Source: Nostoc parmelioides FACHB-3921 (GTDB lineage: Bacteria; Cyanobacteriota; Cyanobacteriia; Cyanobacteriales; Nostocaceae). Taken from it: a stretch of 32,000 nt of DNA. The stretch spans positions 34,777-66,776 of the forward strand of contig NZ_JACJQL010000033.1 in the NCBI RefSeq assembly GCF_014696625.1, read 5' to 3'. The notes beneath the pieces are model-generated. The model did not search any database. It was not told where the DNA came from and was given only the letters and a program-made list of their open reading frames with translations. The translations under genes were made by a program, and so were the position numbers. This document shows, one piece after another, positions 7,300-16,188 of this stretch; positions within the stretch are counted from its first letter, which is position 1, and each line of letters opens with the position of its first letter.

Positions 7300-8784
7300 C
7301 TATTGCTCAGGTGCGATCGCTCCAACACCTCCGCTTTCAAGCTTAACTCCTGCCCAAACAATGAGGGGTTTACCCACTTGCTTATAGAGAAAACTTTCTA
7401 AAATTACGCCATTATTATTAGCTGTGAGCGCTTTATTTGGCTGACGTAAAGATTCATACAATCCGTTGTACCAGCCTTTATCAGATTTCAGTTGCTTGAA
7501 AACAGTGTTAGATAAAGCGCTTGTGTAATCAGTGTTGTAAAGCATATGCCAGCCGATCGCCGCTTTGGCACTGAGAAAACGTAAATTATTGTACTGTTGT
7601 CCGGTGTCTGTAATCGTTGCCCAAGGTTTACCGTTCACAAACAAGCTGTTGTAAACAAAGTAAGGCAGACGGTCTACATTGTCTTCTGTCAAAGCGGTTA
7701 ACTCTTGTGTTGCTTGATAACGGGCTACTTGAGCGGCTAAAACTCTATCAGCATAAACTTTAGGCAAAGCCTGAAACCCAGTTTCTATGCCATCCAGAAT
7801 ATAGGGTTCGCTGAGAACATAGTTATTTGCGCCTGAGTTGTTAGCATCGCGGCGATCATAAGGAACACCTTGCCCGTAGAGATTGACAAAGGCGGTTTGC
7901 GAACGATAATCTAAGGCTTGCTTGACATCTAACCCCCATAGTTGCAAACCGCAGGCGGCGTAATTCTCATAGCCTAAGCGCCCTTCTTGGTGATATTGTT
8001 CTTGACCTTGAACAACGCTAGTGCCGTACATTTGCCCGTTTCTGGTGAGGCGCTTGACTTGCCAATGCTTCCAAACAGCTTGCACAGGCGATCGCATTTG
8101 GGGATACTTGGCTTCGACAATTTTTAGCCAGATAGCCATTCGTCCTAAATCAATTGCTGACCAGCCAATTTCTTCTCGTTGCTCTAATTTTCCATAATTA
8201 ACAGGAAGGAGAGTTTTGGCATTGTAGACTTTGTTGGGCAGTTCACCTTTATATAAAGGTAGGGTTGCTAAAGTCTGCAACATTTTACTCATCTTTGCCT
8301 CAAATTCTGCCACTGGAATGAGATTTAGTTCTCTAGCACTCACCAAAGCAGCGATCGCCGCCGCCTGATCCCACATAGTGACAGAACTAAAGCCATCGGC
8401 GGAATTAACTAAGCCGGTTTCATCGTTCCAGTTGTGTTGAAAATATGACCAAGCTATCCGAGCGTTAGCCATATCTACCGCATCCAGTTTGCCAAGTTTC
8501 ACCCCGATGTAAGGTGTTTTAGTTTTGGTTAATTCACTAGTAGGAACCTCTGTTCCTGGTAGAACTACAGATTTAGCATCAAGTTTTGCTACCTTTTGTG
8601 ATTGTGTTTCCACATTAGCGGTAGGAGAAGTTTGAGGTGTTGATATTGCAGATATTGACGTATTTTGAGCCAGACGACTAGACAAAGAATTTAACCCAGC
8701 GATCGCTATCACTGCGGTAACCACCCCTCCAACAGCAGCTAGTATAGACAAGCCTGGAGGTGGGGGTTGAAAGTCGGAACTCAT
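7300..8784 (-). CDS. Membrane-anchored single-domain DUF3131-like protein (paralog of both domains of the 939-aa protein)
   Basis: 494 aa with an N-terminal TM (LSILAAVGGVVTAVIAIAGL). Shared blocks are TMWDQAAAIAAL, ELPNKVYN, GWSAIDLGR, GRLGYENYAACGLQLWGL, LSEPYILDGIETGF, TEDNVD, NGKPWATITDT and QPNKALT. Confidence 0.8.
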   Translation of the reverse strand: MSSDFQPPPPGLSILAAVGGVVTAVIAIAGLNSLSSRLAQNTSISAISTPQTSPTANVETQSQKVAKLDAKSVVLPGTEVPTSELTKTKTPYIGVKLGKLDAVDMANARIAWSYFQHNWNDETGLVNSADGFSSVTMWDQAAAIAALVSARELNLIPVAEFEAKMSKMLQTLATLPLYKGELPNKVYNAKTLLPVNYGKLEQREEIGWSAIDLGRMAIWLKIVEAKYPQMRSPVQAVWKHWQVKRLTRNGQMYGTSVVQGQEQYHQEGRLGYENYAACGLQLWGLDVKQALDYRSQTAFVNLYGQGVPYDRRDANNSGANNYVLSEPYILDGIETGFQALPKVYADRVLAAQVARYQATQELTALTEDNVDRLPYFVYNSLFVNGKPWATITDTGQQYNNLRFLSAKAAIGWHMLYNTDYTSALSNTVFKQLKSDKGWYNGLYESLRQPNKALTANNNGVILESFLYKQVGKPLIVWAGVKLESGGVGAIAPEQ

Positions 8785-8863
8785 GCTGTATCAAGCCTTA
8801 TTGTGTAATTTACTCAAAGCTTTAACAACGTTATCTTTCCCAATTCGCAAATTTAACTAACAT

Positions 8864-10159
8864 TTAAAATCTCATCCTTAACTGTCCCGTCAAAGAACCT
8901 CCACTGTAATCACTTCCGCCTGTATCTTGATTTCGCACATTACTAAAGCCATAGCCAATATCAGCCTCTATTTTTGGCGATAACTTGACTGTACAACGAC
9001 TTTGATAAGTGTTGGCGTTATCAGTTTCTCCATTAATTCGCTGTTGTCCCACATTGGCTGACAGCCGACACTGCAAGAAATTAGCAATATCGCCCTGCCA
9101 AGCAACTTCAGCGTTGTATGCGAGAAAATCTGGAGGAGAAAAATAGCCGCTAGTGCTTTCCAGATTGCGACTGTAACTCCAATTGAATAAGTTAGCCGCC
9201 AAAGAAAATTGTCCAAACTTGCGTTCTAGCCTGCTAAAAGACTGAATTTCAAAATTGCGATCGCTATAGTTACCCAAACGCAGCGATGAGAATAAACTAG
9301 TGTCACGATCAATTTGCCAATATAAATTAGGCCCAAACCGCCAAGCTGTAATTTGATTTTCTAAGGTTTGAACATTAGATTTATAAGGGCCTTGTTCTAA
9401 GTTAGCTGATATGATTAAACCCGATACTAATTGACCTGAAGAAGAAATTTGTGGTGGTATAATAGGAGCTTCCATCTGAGCATTGAAATTGATAGCTGTC
9501 GGTAATCGATTAAAGACATCAACTCCTACTGTTGTTTGTAGAGTTATTTCATCTACTTTTCCTTGCCATCCAATTTTCACGGGAATGTTAGTAACCGATT
9601 CCACATCCCGTTGTTCAAACAATTCTAAACCTGTTTTGAGAAATATTTTATTGCCGTTAGGCAATTTAAACTGAATTGTTGGTTCAACGAGTAAGTTACT
9701 TTGACCAAAGTTATTAGTATCATTCACGAAGTCTGTTTGAATACTTTCTAATACTGTCACTGGCTTAACCGATTCGGTGGGATTTGCAGGTGGAATCGGG
9801 TTAGGCTGTATTGTGGGTGGTATTGGTATAGCTGGAGGTAATCGTAATCCAGGATTGAAGTTTTCCGGGGCAGCAATTAAGATATGTTTTTTATCTAATT
9901 GATTTAAAAGTATATTGGGGTGGCGTTGATTATTCTGGATAGAGAATAAATCAACATTTTTATTATTAAAAGTGATATTTTCTAGCGATTTCGAGAATTT
10001 ATCCCAATTACTGTGTATTGGAGCAGCTTGTGAATTTGCTGTTAATAATCCCCAAATACCGAAACTCCAGAATAAAATAAGCTGAATTTTTAGTCCTTGC
10101 GAAAAGGGTTTAGCATACTTGTATCGATATACAAAGTTATAATAGGCTCTAATTTTCAT
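8864..10159 (-). CDS. Secreted outer-membrane beta-barrel candidate (possible exit porin of the glycan cluster)
   Basis: 431 aa with a signal peptide ending ..LLTANSQA/AP and a Pro-rich linker (LPPAIPIPPTIQPNPIPPANP). The C-terminal two thirds show an alternating hydrophobic pattern rich in G/S/N/Q/Y, ending in the terminal aromatic signature ..GQLRMRF. Confidence 0.65.
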   Translation of the reverse strand: MKIRAYYNFVYRYKYAKPFSQGLKIQLILFWSFGIWGLLTANSQAAPIHSNWDKFSKSLENITFNNKNVDLFSIQNNQRHPNILLNQLDKKHILIAAPENFNPGLRLPPAIPIPPTIQPNPIPPANPTESVKPVTVLESIQTDFVNDTNNFGQSNLLVEPTIQFKLPNGNKIFLKTGLELFEQRDVESVTNIPVKIGWQGKVDEITLQTTVGVDVFNRLPTAINFNAQMEAPIIPPQISSSGQLVSGLIISANLEQGPYKSNVQTLENQITAWRFGPNLYWQIDRDTSLFSSLRLGNYSDRNFEIQSFSRLERKFGQFSLAANLFNWSYSRNLESTSGYFSPPDFLAYNAEVAWQGDIANFLQCRLSANVGQQRINGETDNANTYQSRCTVKLSPKIEADIGYGFSNVRNQDTGGSDYSGGSLTGQLRMRF

Positions 10160-10845
10160 AATGAAATATCATACTTTGTAGTATTAGCAACAATCTCAGA
10201 ATTATTTTTCTGCTGTTGCTCACTTTAACTTAATCGACACTATAGAAATTTCTTTCAATGTTTGGAAAAATTAAATAAATTTTAACTTCGTTTTCATACC
10301 AATTAAAAATTTAAAAATCCATACTTTACAAGGGTTTCTAGTTTCATAACCACCGTAAAATCGGAGATTAAGTATGATTTTCGTTTAGCACATACTACAC
10401 AAAAATTCATCCAGTCAGATATACATATTTAAATTTTTGCAAGCATTACCCTAAATAATATAGTTTTAATTCCGAACAAAAATTATTTTTTAGATAGAAT
10501 ATATATATACAAAAATGCCCCAACAAGTTGAATATAATTTTGGACGGCTCGTTCATATTTATCAAATAAAAATTAGAATTCAGGAGCCTGAAATCAGCAA
10601 AAATTATGTGCAAATTACGGATGCAGCTAGCTTCTCCTCATCCTTAACCAAAACAAGAGGATTTAAGCGCACACTAACTAAGTTCGATTGCTGAAATTTA
10701 TTTACCCTGATAGTTATCGCAGGCTGCTGAATCATATTTAAAGCGTTATCATTTTGGTTTTTTAAATAGGTCAATTCTTTAGTTACCCATTCTCTTTTGA
10801 TAAATACAGACCTAGTTAATCTATTGAAATCACCCAACATCAAAC

Positions 10846-11637
10846 ATGAACAAAACACATAAGCAGACTGCTCTAATTACTGGTGCAGCTAGTGGTATTG
10901 GTTATGAATTAGTGTGTATTTTCGCTGAAAATGATTACAATCTCGTATTAGTAGATCGAGCAAAGGAAAAACTAGAAGAAATAGCGATTGAGTTTCAAGA
11001 TAAATTCGGAATTTCTGTTAAGCCTATTGTCCGAGATTTATCTAAAACAACATCTCCTGAAGAAATTTTCCAAGAGGTAGAACAGGCAAATATTAAAGTT
11101 GATGTGCTAGTTAATAATGCTGGGTTTGGTACCTATGGATTATTTAATGACACTAACCTGACTGATGAACTAGAAATGCTACAGGTAAATTTGGTATGTA
11201 CTACCCATTTAACTAAGTTATTTCTCAAAAATATGGTTCAGCAAGGTGAGGGCAAAATCTTAAATGTCTCTTCTGCTGCGGCTTTTCAACCAGGGCCTTT
11301 GATGGCCGTTTATTTTGCGACTAAAGCCTACGTATTATCTTTTTCTGAAGCACTCGCCAATGAATTAGACGGTACAGGTGTCACTGTGACAGTTCTTTGT
11401 CCCGGAACGACACAGTCTGCTTTCCATCAGAGAACGGGGATGGCAGATTCTAAGCTAGTTAAAGGTAAAAGGATGATGGATGCAGCAACTGTAGCCGATA
11501 TTGGTTATCGTGGTTTGATGCAGGGCAAAACAATTGTTATTCCTGGTTTGATCAATAAAATAATGGCGAAAAGTATCAGATTTATCCCCAGGAAACTAGT
11601 AACTAAAATTGTCAGGAATATGCAGGAAAATAAATAA
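10846..11637 (+). CDS. Short-chain dehydrogenase/reductase (SDR) family oxidoreductase
   Basis: TALITGAASGIGYEL (TGxxxGxG), NNAG, the catalytic SSAA...YFATK (YxxxK) and PGTT. Confidence 0.9.
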   Translation: MNKTHKQTALITGAASGIGYELVCIFAENDYNLVLVDRAKEKLEEIAIEFQDKFGISVKPIVRDLSKTTSPEEIFQEVEQANIKVDVLVNNAGFGTYGLFNDTNLTDELEMLQVNLVCTTHLTKLFLKNMVQQGEGKILNVSSAAAFQPGPLMAVYFATKAYVLSFSEALANELDGTGVTVTVLCPGTTQSAFHQRTGMADSKLVKGKRMMDAATVADIGYRGLMQGKTIVIPGLINKIMAKSIRFIPRKLVTKIVRNMQENK

Positions 11638-11668
11638 TGATCTATTTAGTCAATAGTCATTAATAGTT

Positions 11669-11708
11669 AAGTGTTGAGTTGAAAATTATTGCTTCCAACC
11701 CAACACTT
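11669..11708 (+). terminator. Hairpin between the convergent SDR and DUF2808-like genes (12/13-bp stem, 14-nt loop)
   Basis: AAGTGTTGAGTTG ... CAACCCAACACTT followed by TCTAATTTT. Confidence 0.45.
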
Positions 11709-11744
11709 TCTAATTTTCCTGAGACATTGAATTAGCAAACGGAG

Positions 11745-12311
11745 TTAGTATACTTGAAACTGAGCTAAACCATAAGGAATCTCTCGGTTAAAGCCAATAT
11801 GTCCACCAGCTAATTCATAATTAAAAGTACTTTTGGAGGGATAGGGATAACCAAATGCCAAATCTGTGAGGGCAATTTCTAAAGTGCTTCCTGGGGCTAC
11901 TGGTTGAGCAAAGCTAATTCTCACTCGCTCTCCTTCTCTGGTAACGTTGGCATTGATGCTTTGACCAGATTGATCTGTGACTGTAATATTGTCACCAATG
12001 CTGATATTTTCTTGCGGTAAAACCGTCACGTAGGCTAAAGGTTGACTACCTGTGTAGAGACTGATGTAATTGGTGGTACGAGATGTACTTGTATGTTTAA
12101 TTCGAGGTGCGCCAAAACTATCTTGAGTTATTGGTGTAGTTTGTGGAATTTGGGTTCCTGGGGTTTGAGTGTTGGGAATTTGAGTGTCAGGAATTTGGGT
12201 TCCTGGGGTTTGAGTTTCAGGTATTGGAGTTACGGGTGTTTGGGCTACAACAGGTAAACTAGTTGCAGCGATCGCCAAACCTAATGTTGATAACCAAAAT
12301 AATTTTCTCAT
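11745..12311 (-). CDS. Secreted protein, DUF2808-like (cyanobacteria-restricted), with a TQxPx pentapeptide repeat tract
   Basis: The likely start is ATG 12311 (MRKLFWLSTLGLAIAATSLPVVAQT signal peptide; AGGA lies 9 nt upstream); the listed 12344 is a TTG. The repeat is TQTPG TQIPD TQIPN TQTPG TQIPQ. The family call is a recollection. Confidence 0.7.
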   Translation of the reverse strand: MRKLFWLSTLGLAIAATSLPVVAQTPVTPIPETQTPGTQIPDTQIPNTQTPGTQIPQTTPITQDSFGAPRIKHTSTSRTTNYISLYTGSQPLAYVTVLPQENISIGDNITVTDQSGQSINANVTREGERVRISFAQPVAPGSTLEIALTDLAFGYPYPSKSTFNYELAGGHIGFNREIPYGLAQFQVY

Positions 12312-12472
12312 GATGAATGTCCTGTAACTAACGTAATTTATCAATCAAATCAAACTCACTTTAAAAAATATCAGCAGCCAATACGTCCCACTAATGGGAT
12401 ATTTAGTCGATTTTTCTCCAGTTTTTATTCCTATCTTTTGAAAGAATTACTACTATTCATTAGTTATAAAAA

Positions 12473-12503
12473 ATCGGGCATTGATCAAAATTCAATGCCC
12501 GAT
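12473..12503 (-). terminator. Rho-independent terminator of hemH
   Basis: A perfect 12-bp stem ATCGGGCATTGA / TCAATGCCCGAT with a 7-nt loop. On the minus strand it is followed by TTTTTTATA. It lies about 80 nt downstream of the hemH stop. Confidence 0.75.
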
Positions 12504-12583
12504 TTATCACTCCAATTAATATTTTTTTGTGATAGAAATATTACAGCGACGCTCTCAGATGGGATGTCATCGTTTTTCTCTCA

Positions 12584-13750
12584 CTACTGCAAAAGCCCAA
12601 TCATATGCAGTAGGCCTTGACCCGTCACTAACTCGATGATTAGAGCAATAAAACCTAACATCGCAATCCGTCCATTCCATACTTCCGCACTAGTAGTCAT
12701 ACCCCATTCCCAACTTTCGGGAGGGTACATTTTTACCCGCTTTTTCATTTGGGCTGCTTGCGACAGCTTGAAGCTGGGTTTGTTGAGCGCATCAATTACT
12801 AAATTCGCCAAAGCTCTAATAAATACTGGATGGGTATTAGGTGCAGGGACGCGACGGAAATTGTGGATTCCGGCTTCTTCTGCTATTTCCCGATACTCAA
12901 TATCAATTTCTTGTAGTGTCTCAATGTGTTCGGAGACGAAACTGATAGGTACAACAACTAAATCTTTGACACCTTGCGCGCCTAGTTCTTTGAGTGCATC
13001 TTCAGTATAGGGTTGCAGCCATTCAACTGGGCCGACGCGACTTTGGTAGGCTAAAGTGTGAGGATTTGGTCGATTGAGGGTTTGCATAATTAATGCAGTA
13101 CATTCCTCAATCTCTTGCTGATAGGGGTCGCCTGCTTCTTCAACATAGCTTTTAGGTACACCATGAGCGCTGAAGAACACATGAACTTGATCAGGATCAG
13201 AAAATTGGTCTACTTCTTGGCGGATGAGTTCCGCCATCGCCTGTAAATAACCTGGTTCTTTATACCAAGAGGGAATGACGGTGTATTCCAGACGTTGTAG
13301 TTTGGGGTCTTCTTGCCAAAGTCTTTCTAGTAGACGGAAGCTAGAGCCACTAGTGCTGATGGAGAATTGGGGGTATAGTGGCAAAATCACCAAGTTATCA
13401 AGGTTATCTTGGGTCAAAAGAGCGATCGCTTCTTCCGTATATGGGTGCCAATAACGCATTCCCACATAAATATTCGCTTCTTGACCCAAATAATGCAACT
13501 GTTCCTTTAAAGCTTCTCCTTGGGCTTCCGTAATTCGCCGTAGTGGGGAGCCACCGCCAATTTGTTTATAGTTCTCTTGGGAGGTTTTAGTGCGTCGAGA
13601 AGCAATAAACCAAGCCAAGGGCTTCTGCAACCACCGGAATGGTAAGCGTATAATTTCCGGATCGGAGAATAGGTTAAACAAAAAAGGCCCTACATCCTCC
13701 AGCTTATCGGGACCACCGAGATTGAGTAATAATACGCCTACACGACCCAT
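12584..13750 (-). CDS. hemH: Ferrochelatase with a C-terminal CAB/HLIP-type chlorophyll-binding helix
   Basis: [34 protein letters not shown]..., FSAHGVP and VSEHIETL. The C-terminal helix is [26 protein letters not shown]. Confidence 0.95.
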   Translation of the reverse strand: MGRVGVLLLNLGGPDKLEDVGPFLFNLFSDPEIIRLPFRWLQKPLAWFIASRRTKTSQENYKQIGGGSPLRRITEAQGEALKEQLHYLGQEANIYVGMRYWHPYTEEAIALLTQDNLDNLVILPLYPQFSISTSGSSFRLLERLWQEDPKLQRLEYTVIPSWYKEPGYLQAMAELIRQEVDQFSDPDQVHVFFSAHGVPKSYVEEAGDPYQQEIEECTALIMQTLNRPNPHTLAYQSRVGPVEWLQPYTEDALKELGAQGVKDLVVVPISFVSEHIETLQEIDIEYREIAEEAGIHNFRRVPAPNTHPVFIRALANLVIDALNKPSFKLSQAAQMKKRVKMYPPESWEWGMTTSAEVWNGRIAMLGFIALIIELVTGQGLLHMIGLLQ

Positions 13751-13843
13751 AGCAGTTATTTTCCCCCAACCTTTTCAGATTTTTTACTAATGTTAACAAT
13801 ATATCTTTATTAAATATAAAGCTTAACAGTTAGGAATAGTACA

Positions 13844-14473
13844 ATGGCAACAATTTTCAGGGATTTAAGTTATCGCTATCAATGGCTGTACGATTCCATA
13901 TCTCGCGTAGCTGCGCTGACTGTAGGTGGAGAAGCCAGATTTCGGGAATTAGCTTTGCAAGGATTAACCATTGAGGCAAATACTTCTGTGTTAGATGTTT
14001 GTTGTGGTAGTGGTCAAGCAACGCAATTATTAGTGAAATATTCACAAAACGTAACAGGATTAGATGCTTCTCCCTTATCTTTGCGACGGGCTAGACAAAA
14101 TGTCCCAGAGGCTAATTATGTAGAAGCTTTTGCGGAGAAAATGCCATTTCCAGATAACCAGTTTGATGTAGTGCATACCAGTGCGGCTTTACATGAAATG
14201 GAACCGCAACAATTGCGAGAAATTATTCAAGAAATTTATCGCGTGCTGAAACCGGGAGGAGTGTTTACATTAGTAGATTTTCACACTCCTACTAATCCCA
14301 TCTTCTGGCCTGGTTTAACAGTATTTTTACTGTTATTTGAGACAGAAACAGCTTGGCAGTTATTAAAAACAGATTTAGCTGGTTTACTCACTGAAATTGG
14401 TTTTGAAGTAGGTAAAACCACTTTATATGCGGGTGGCAGTTTACAGGTGATTCAAGCTAAGAAATCGATTTGA
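13844..14473 (+). CDS. Class I SAM-dependent methyltransferase (Methyltransf_11/UbiE-like)
   Basis: Motif I VLDVCCGSGQ, then GLDASP and LKPGGVFTLVDF. It is divergent from hemH (93-nt gap). Confidence 0.85.
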   Translation: MATIFRDLSYRYQWLYDSISRVAALTVGGEARFRELALQGLTIEANTSVLDVCCGSGQATQLLVKYSQNVTGLDASPLSLRRARQNVPEANYVEAFAEKMPFPDNQFDVVHTSAALHEMEPQQLREIIQEIYRVLKPGGVFTLVDFHTPTNPIFWPGLTVFLLLFETETAWQLLKTDLAGLLTEIGFEVGKTTLYAGGSLQVIQAKKSI

Positions 14474-14562
14474 TTTCTGTTGGCGTAGCCTGCGGTTGTG
14501 CAGAAAATTCTCAGTATCTGTAGGGTGGGCAATGCCCACCAAAACCATTAGTTGATGGGCAT
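14466..14562. repeat. Dispersed repeat family 1, copy B; overlaps the last codons and stop codon of the methyltransferase
   Basis: CGATTTGATTTCTGTTGGCGTAGCCTGCG ... AAATTCTCAGTATCTGTAGGGTGGGCAATGCCCACCAAAACCAT. It contains the near-perfect palindrome GGTGGGCA-A-TGCCCACC. Confidence 0.75.
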
Positions 14563-14704
14563 AGAGAATAGACATTATCACCACAATTGCTGTTTATACC
14601 AATTCTCTATGAAGTTGCGCCAAATAAATGATGTAGAGACGTTGTATGCAACTTCTCTAAAGTACTACTAAATTTGTGTGTACACCGTAGCTCTTTGGAC
14701 AAGA

Positions 14705-16105
14705 TTAAATTAAACCCATGACTGTGCGGTAATGAAGCTCGAATTGTTCCACTGTTTGAGATTGGCGATTAGTAGCCCATTCACTGAGGTGGAATAATTC
14801 TGCTCGCAATTTCTCAACGTCAATTGTACTTACTTGACCATTGTTGATGATTTGCTGACCATTTACCCAAGCACTATCAACAACATTTGTAGGACGACCT
14901 AAAACTAATAAACCAATGGGATCTGTACGCGGAACTAATGATAAGTTAGTGAGATCATACAGTATTAAATCGGCTTTTTTGCCAACGGTAATTGAACCGA
15001 GTTGATCCGCCAGATTTAGTCCCTTGGCCGCGCCTAAAGATGCCATTTCTACTGCTTGTCTGGGAGAAATCCAAGAGCGATAATCAAAGTCGGTGACGTT
15101 ATGTAAAATAGACCCGATTTTAATAGCTTCTAATAAATCCTGTGAGTCGTTACTAGAAGCACCATCACAACCAAAAGTAACATTTACCCCGGCTTGGCGA
15201 TATTTTAAAATTGGGGCAATTCCACTACCTAAACGTAAATTACTTAAAGGATTGTGGACGACTGTCGATTGGGTTTGTGCGAGGATATCGATATCAGCAT
15301 CATTTAACCACACACAATGAGCTAAAGAAGTGCGATCGCCTAAATAACCAATGCGTTGCAGATGGGTAACAGCACTACAACCGTATTTCTCTTGGGCGAG
15401 TTTTTCTTGGGCTTTGGTTTCTAATAAGTGAGAGTGACGACAAAGATGATAGCGATCGCTTAATTCAATACAACCTGTGAATAAAGCATCAGTACACAAC
15501 TGTATCCCCGTAGGAGCGACTAAAATACTCACACCTGCATCTGGACGATGAAACTGTCTCACAGCCTCTTCTACCAATTCTAAGGTGGCAGTAGTTGAAC
15601 GGAAAAAAGGCTCATGGGTTTGGGTCGATTCCCCCGCAGGTAGCCCGGCGGAGAGGGATTGGTCTTGAATTAGGGGGGCGATAAAAGCCCGAATCCCGAC
15701 TTCTTGATAAGCGCGGACTGCACTGGCGATAGTTTCTAACTCCTGACCAGGAATTAATACCAGATGATCTACTACACTGGTTCCCCCAGACAGTAAAGTT
15801 TCTACCGCCGTACCCAAGGCGCTGAGATAGACCTTCTCCGTATCCAAAGGCGCAAAATCATACAATTCCGCCAGCCATAACTCTAAAGGAAAAATAGAGA
15901 TTAAGCCTCTTTGCCACATTTCTGATGAGTGGGTATGAGCATTGACAAAACCAGGTAGTAACAGTTTATGTTTACCGTCAATGGCAGTACCGACAACATC
16001 TAAATTCGGGGCAATAGCGGCGATTTTATCACCCACAACCTGAACATCGGCAGTGGTGTAACCGTCATCAGTAGCTAGTAGAACATTTTGGATAGTGAAA
16101 CTCAC
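14705..16105 (-). CDS. Metal-dependent amidohydrolase / aminohydrolase (ATZ/TRZ, guanine/cytosine-deaminase-like subfamily)
   Basis: HxH motif FVNAHTHSSEM, then HLLET, VHNPLSNLRLGSG and the terminal Asp motif FGCDGASSND. Confidence 0.85.
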   Translation of the reverse strand: MSFTIQNVLLATDDGYTTADVQVVGDKIAAIAPNLDVVGTAIDGKHKLLLPGFVNAHTHSSEMWQRGLISIFPLELWLAELYDFAPLDTEKVYLSALGTAVETLLSGGTSVVDHLVLIPGQELETIASAVRAYQEVGIRAFIAPLIQDQSLSAGLPAGESTQTHEPFFRSTTATLELVEEAVRQFHRPDAGVSILVAPTGIQLCTDALFTGCIELSDRYHLCRHSHLLETKAQEKLAQEKYGCSAVTHLQRIGYLGDRTSLAHCVWLNDADIDILAQTQSTVVHNPLSNLRLGSGIAPILKYRQAGVNVTFGCDGASSNDSQDLLEAIKIGSILHNVTDFDYRSWISPRQAVEMASLGAAKGLNLADQLGSITVGKKADLILYDLTNLSLVPRTDPIGLLVLGRPTNVVDSAWVNGQQIINNGQVSTIDVEKLRAELFHLSEWATNRQSQTVEQFELHYRTVMGLI

Positions 16106-16188
16106 AGATTTTAACCTTAATTAAGTAATTAAACGCTCAATATGATTTCAAGGTACAAAATAGTAATTATGTTGGGTGATGCAATTTT

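Noticed and set aside
10178-10191. NtcA-like GTA-N8-AAC (GTAGTATTAGCAAC) upstream of the OM-barrel gene
   Set aside because: The second half-site is imperfect, and the site is only 19 nt from the start codon. That position is incompatible with an activator site unless the mRNA is leaderless, so it is probably chance in AT-rich DNA.
10604-10858. 84-aa minus-strand ORF overlapping the SDR start
   Set aside because: It has a GTG start that overlaps the SDR ATG by 13 nt (the alternative ATG 10840 is only 5 nt away from it). The sequence is AT-rich and low-information, with no motifs. A real small gene cannot be excluded, but I cannot support one.
12312-12344. N-terminal extensions produced by TTG/GTG starts on the ORF track (also 17660-17695, 22062-22085, 23606-23650 and 27901-27918)
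   Set aside because: In each case an in-frame ATG gives the family-typical N-terminus (a signal peptide, the MHLPKGP P450 start, the canonical D1 MTT.. start, and so on). The extensions lie in AT-rich or repeat sequence.
12438-12620. 60-aa plus-strand ORF
   Set aside because: It spans the hemH terminator hairpin and runs antisense into the hemH 3' end. It is most likely a chance ORF.
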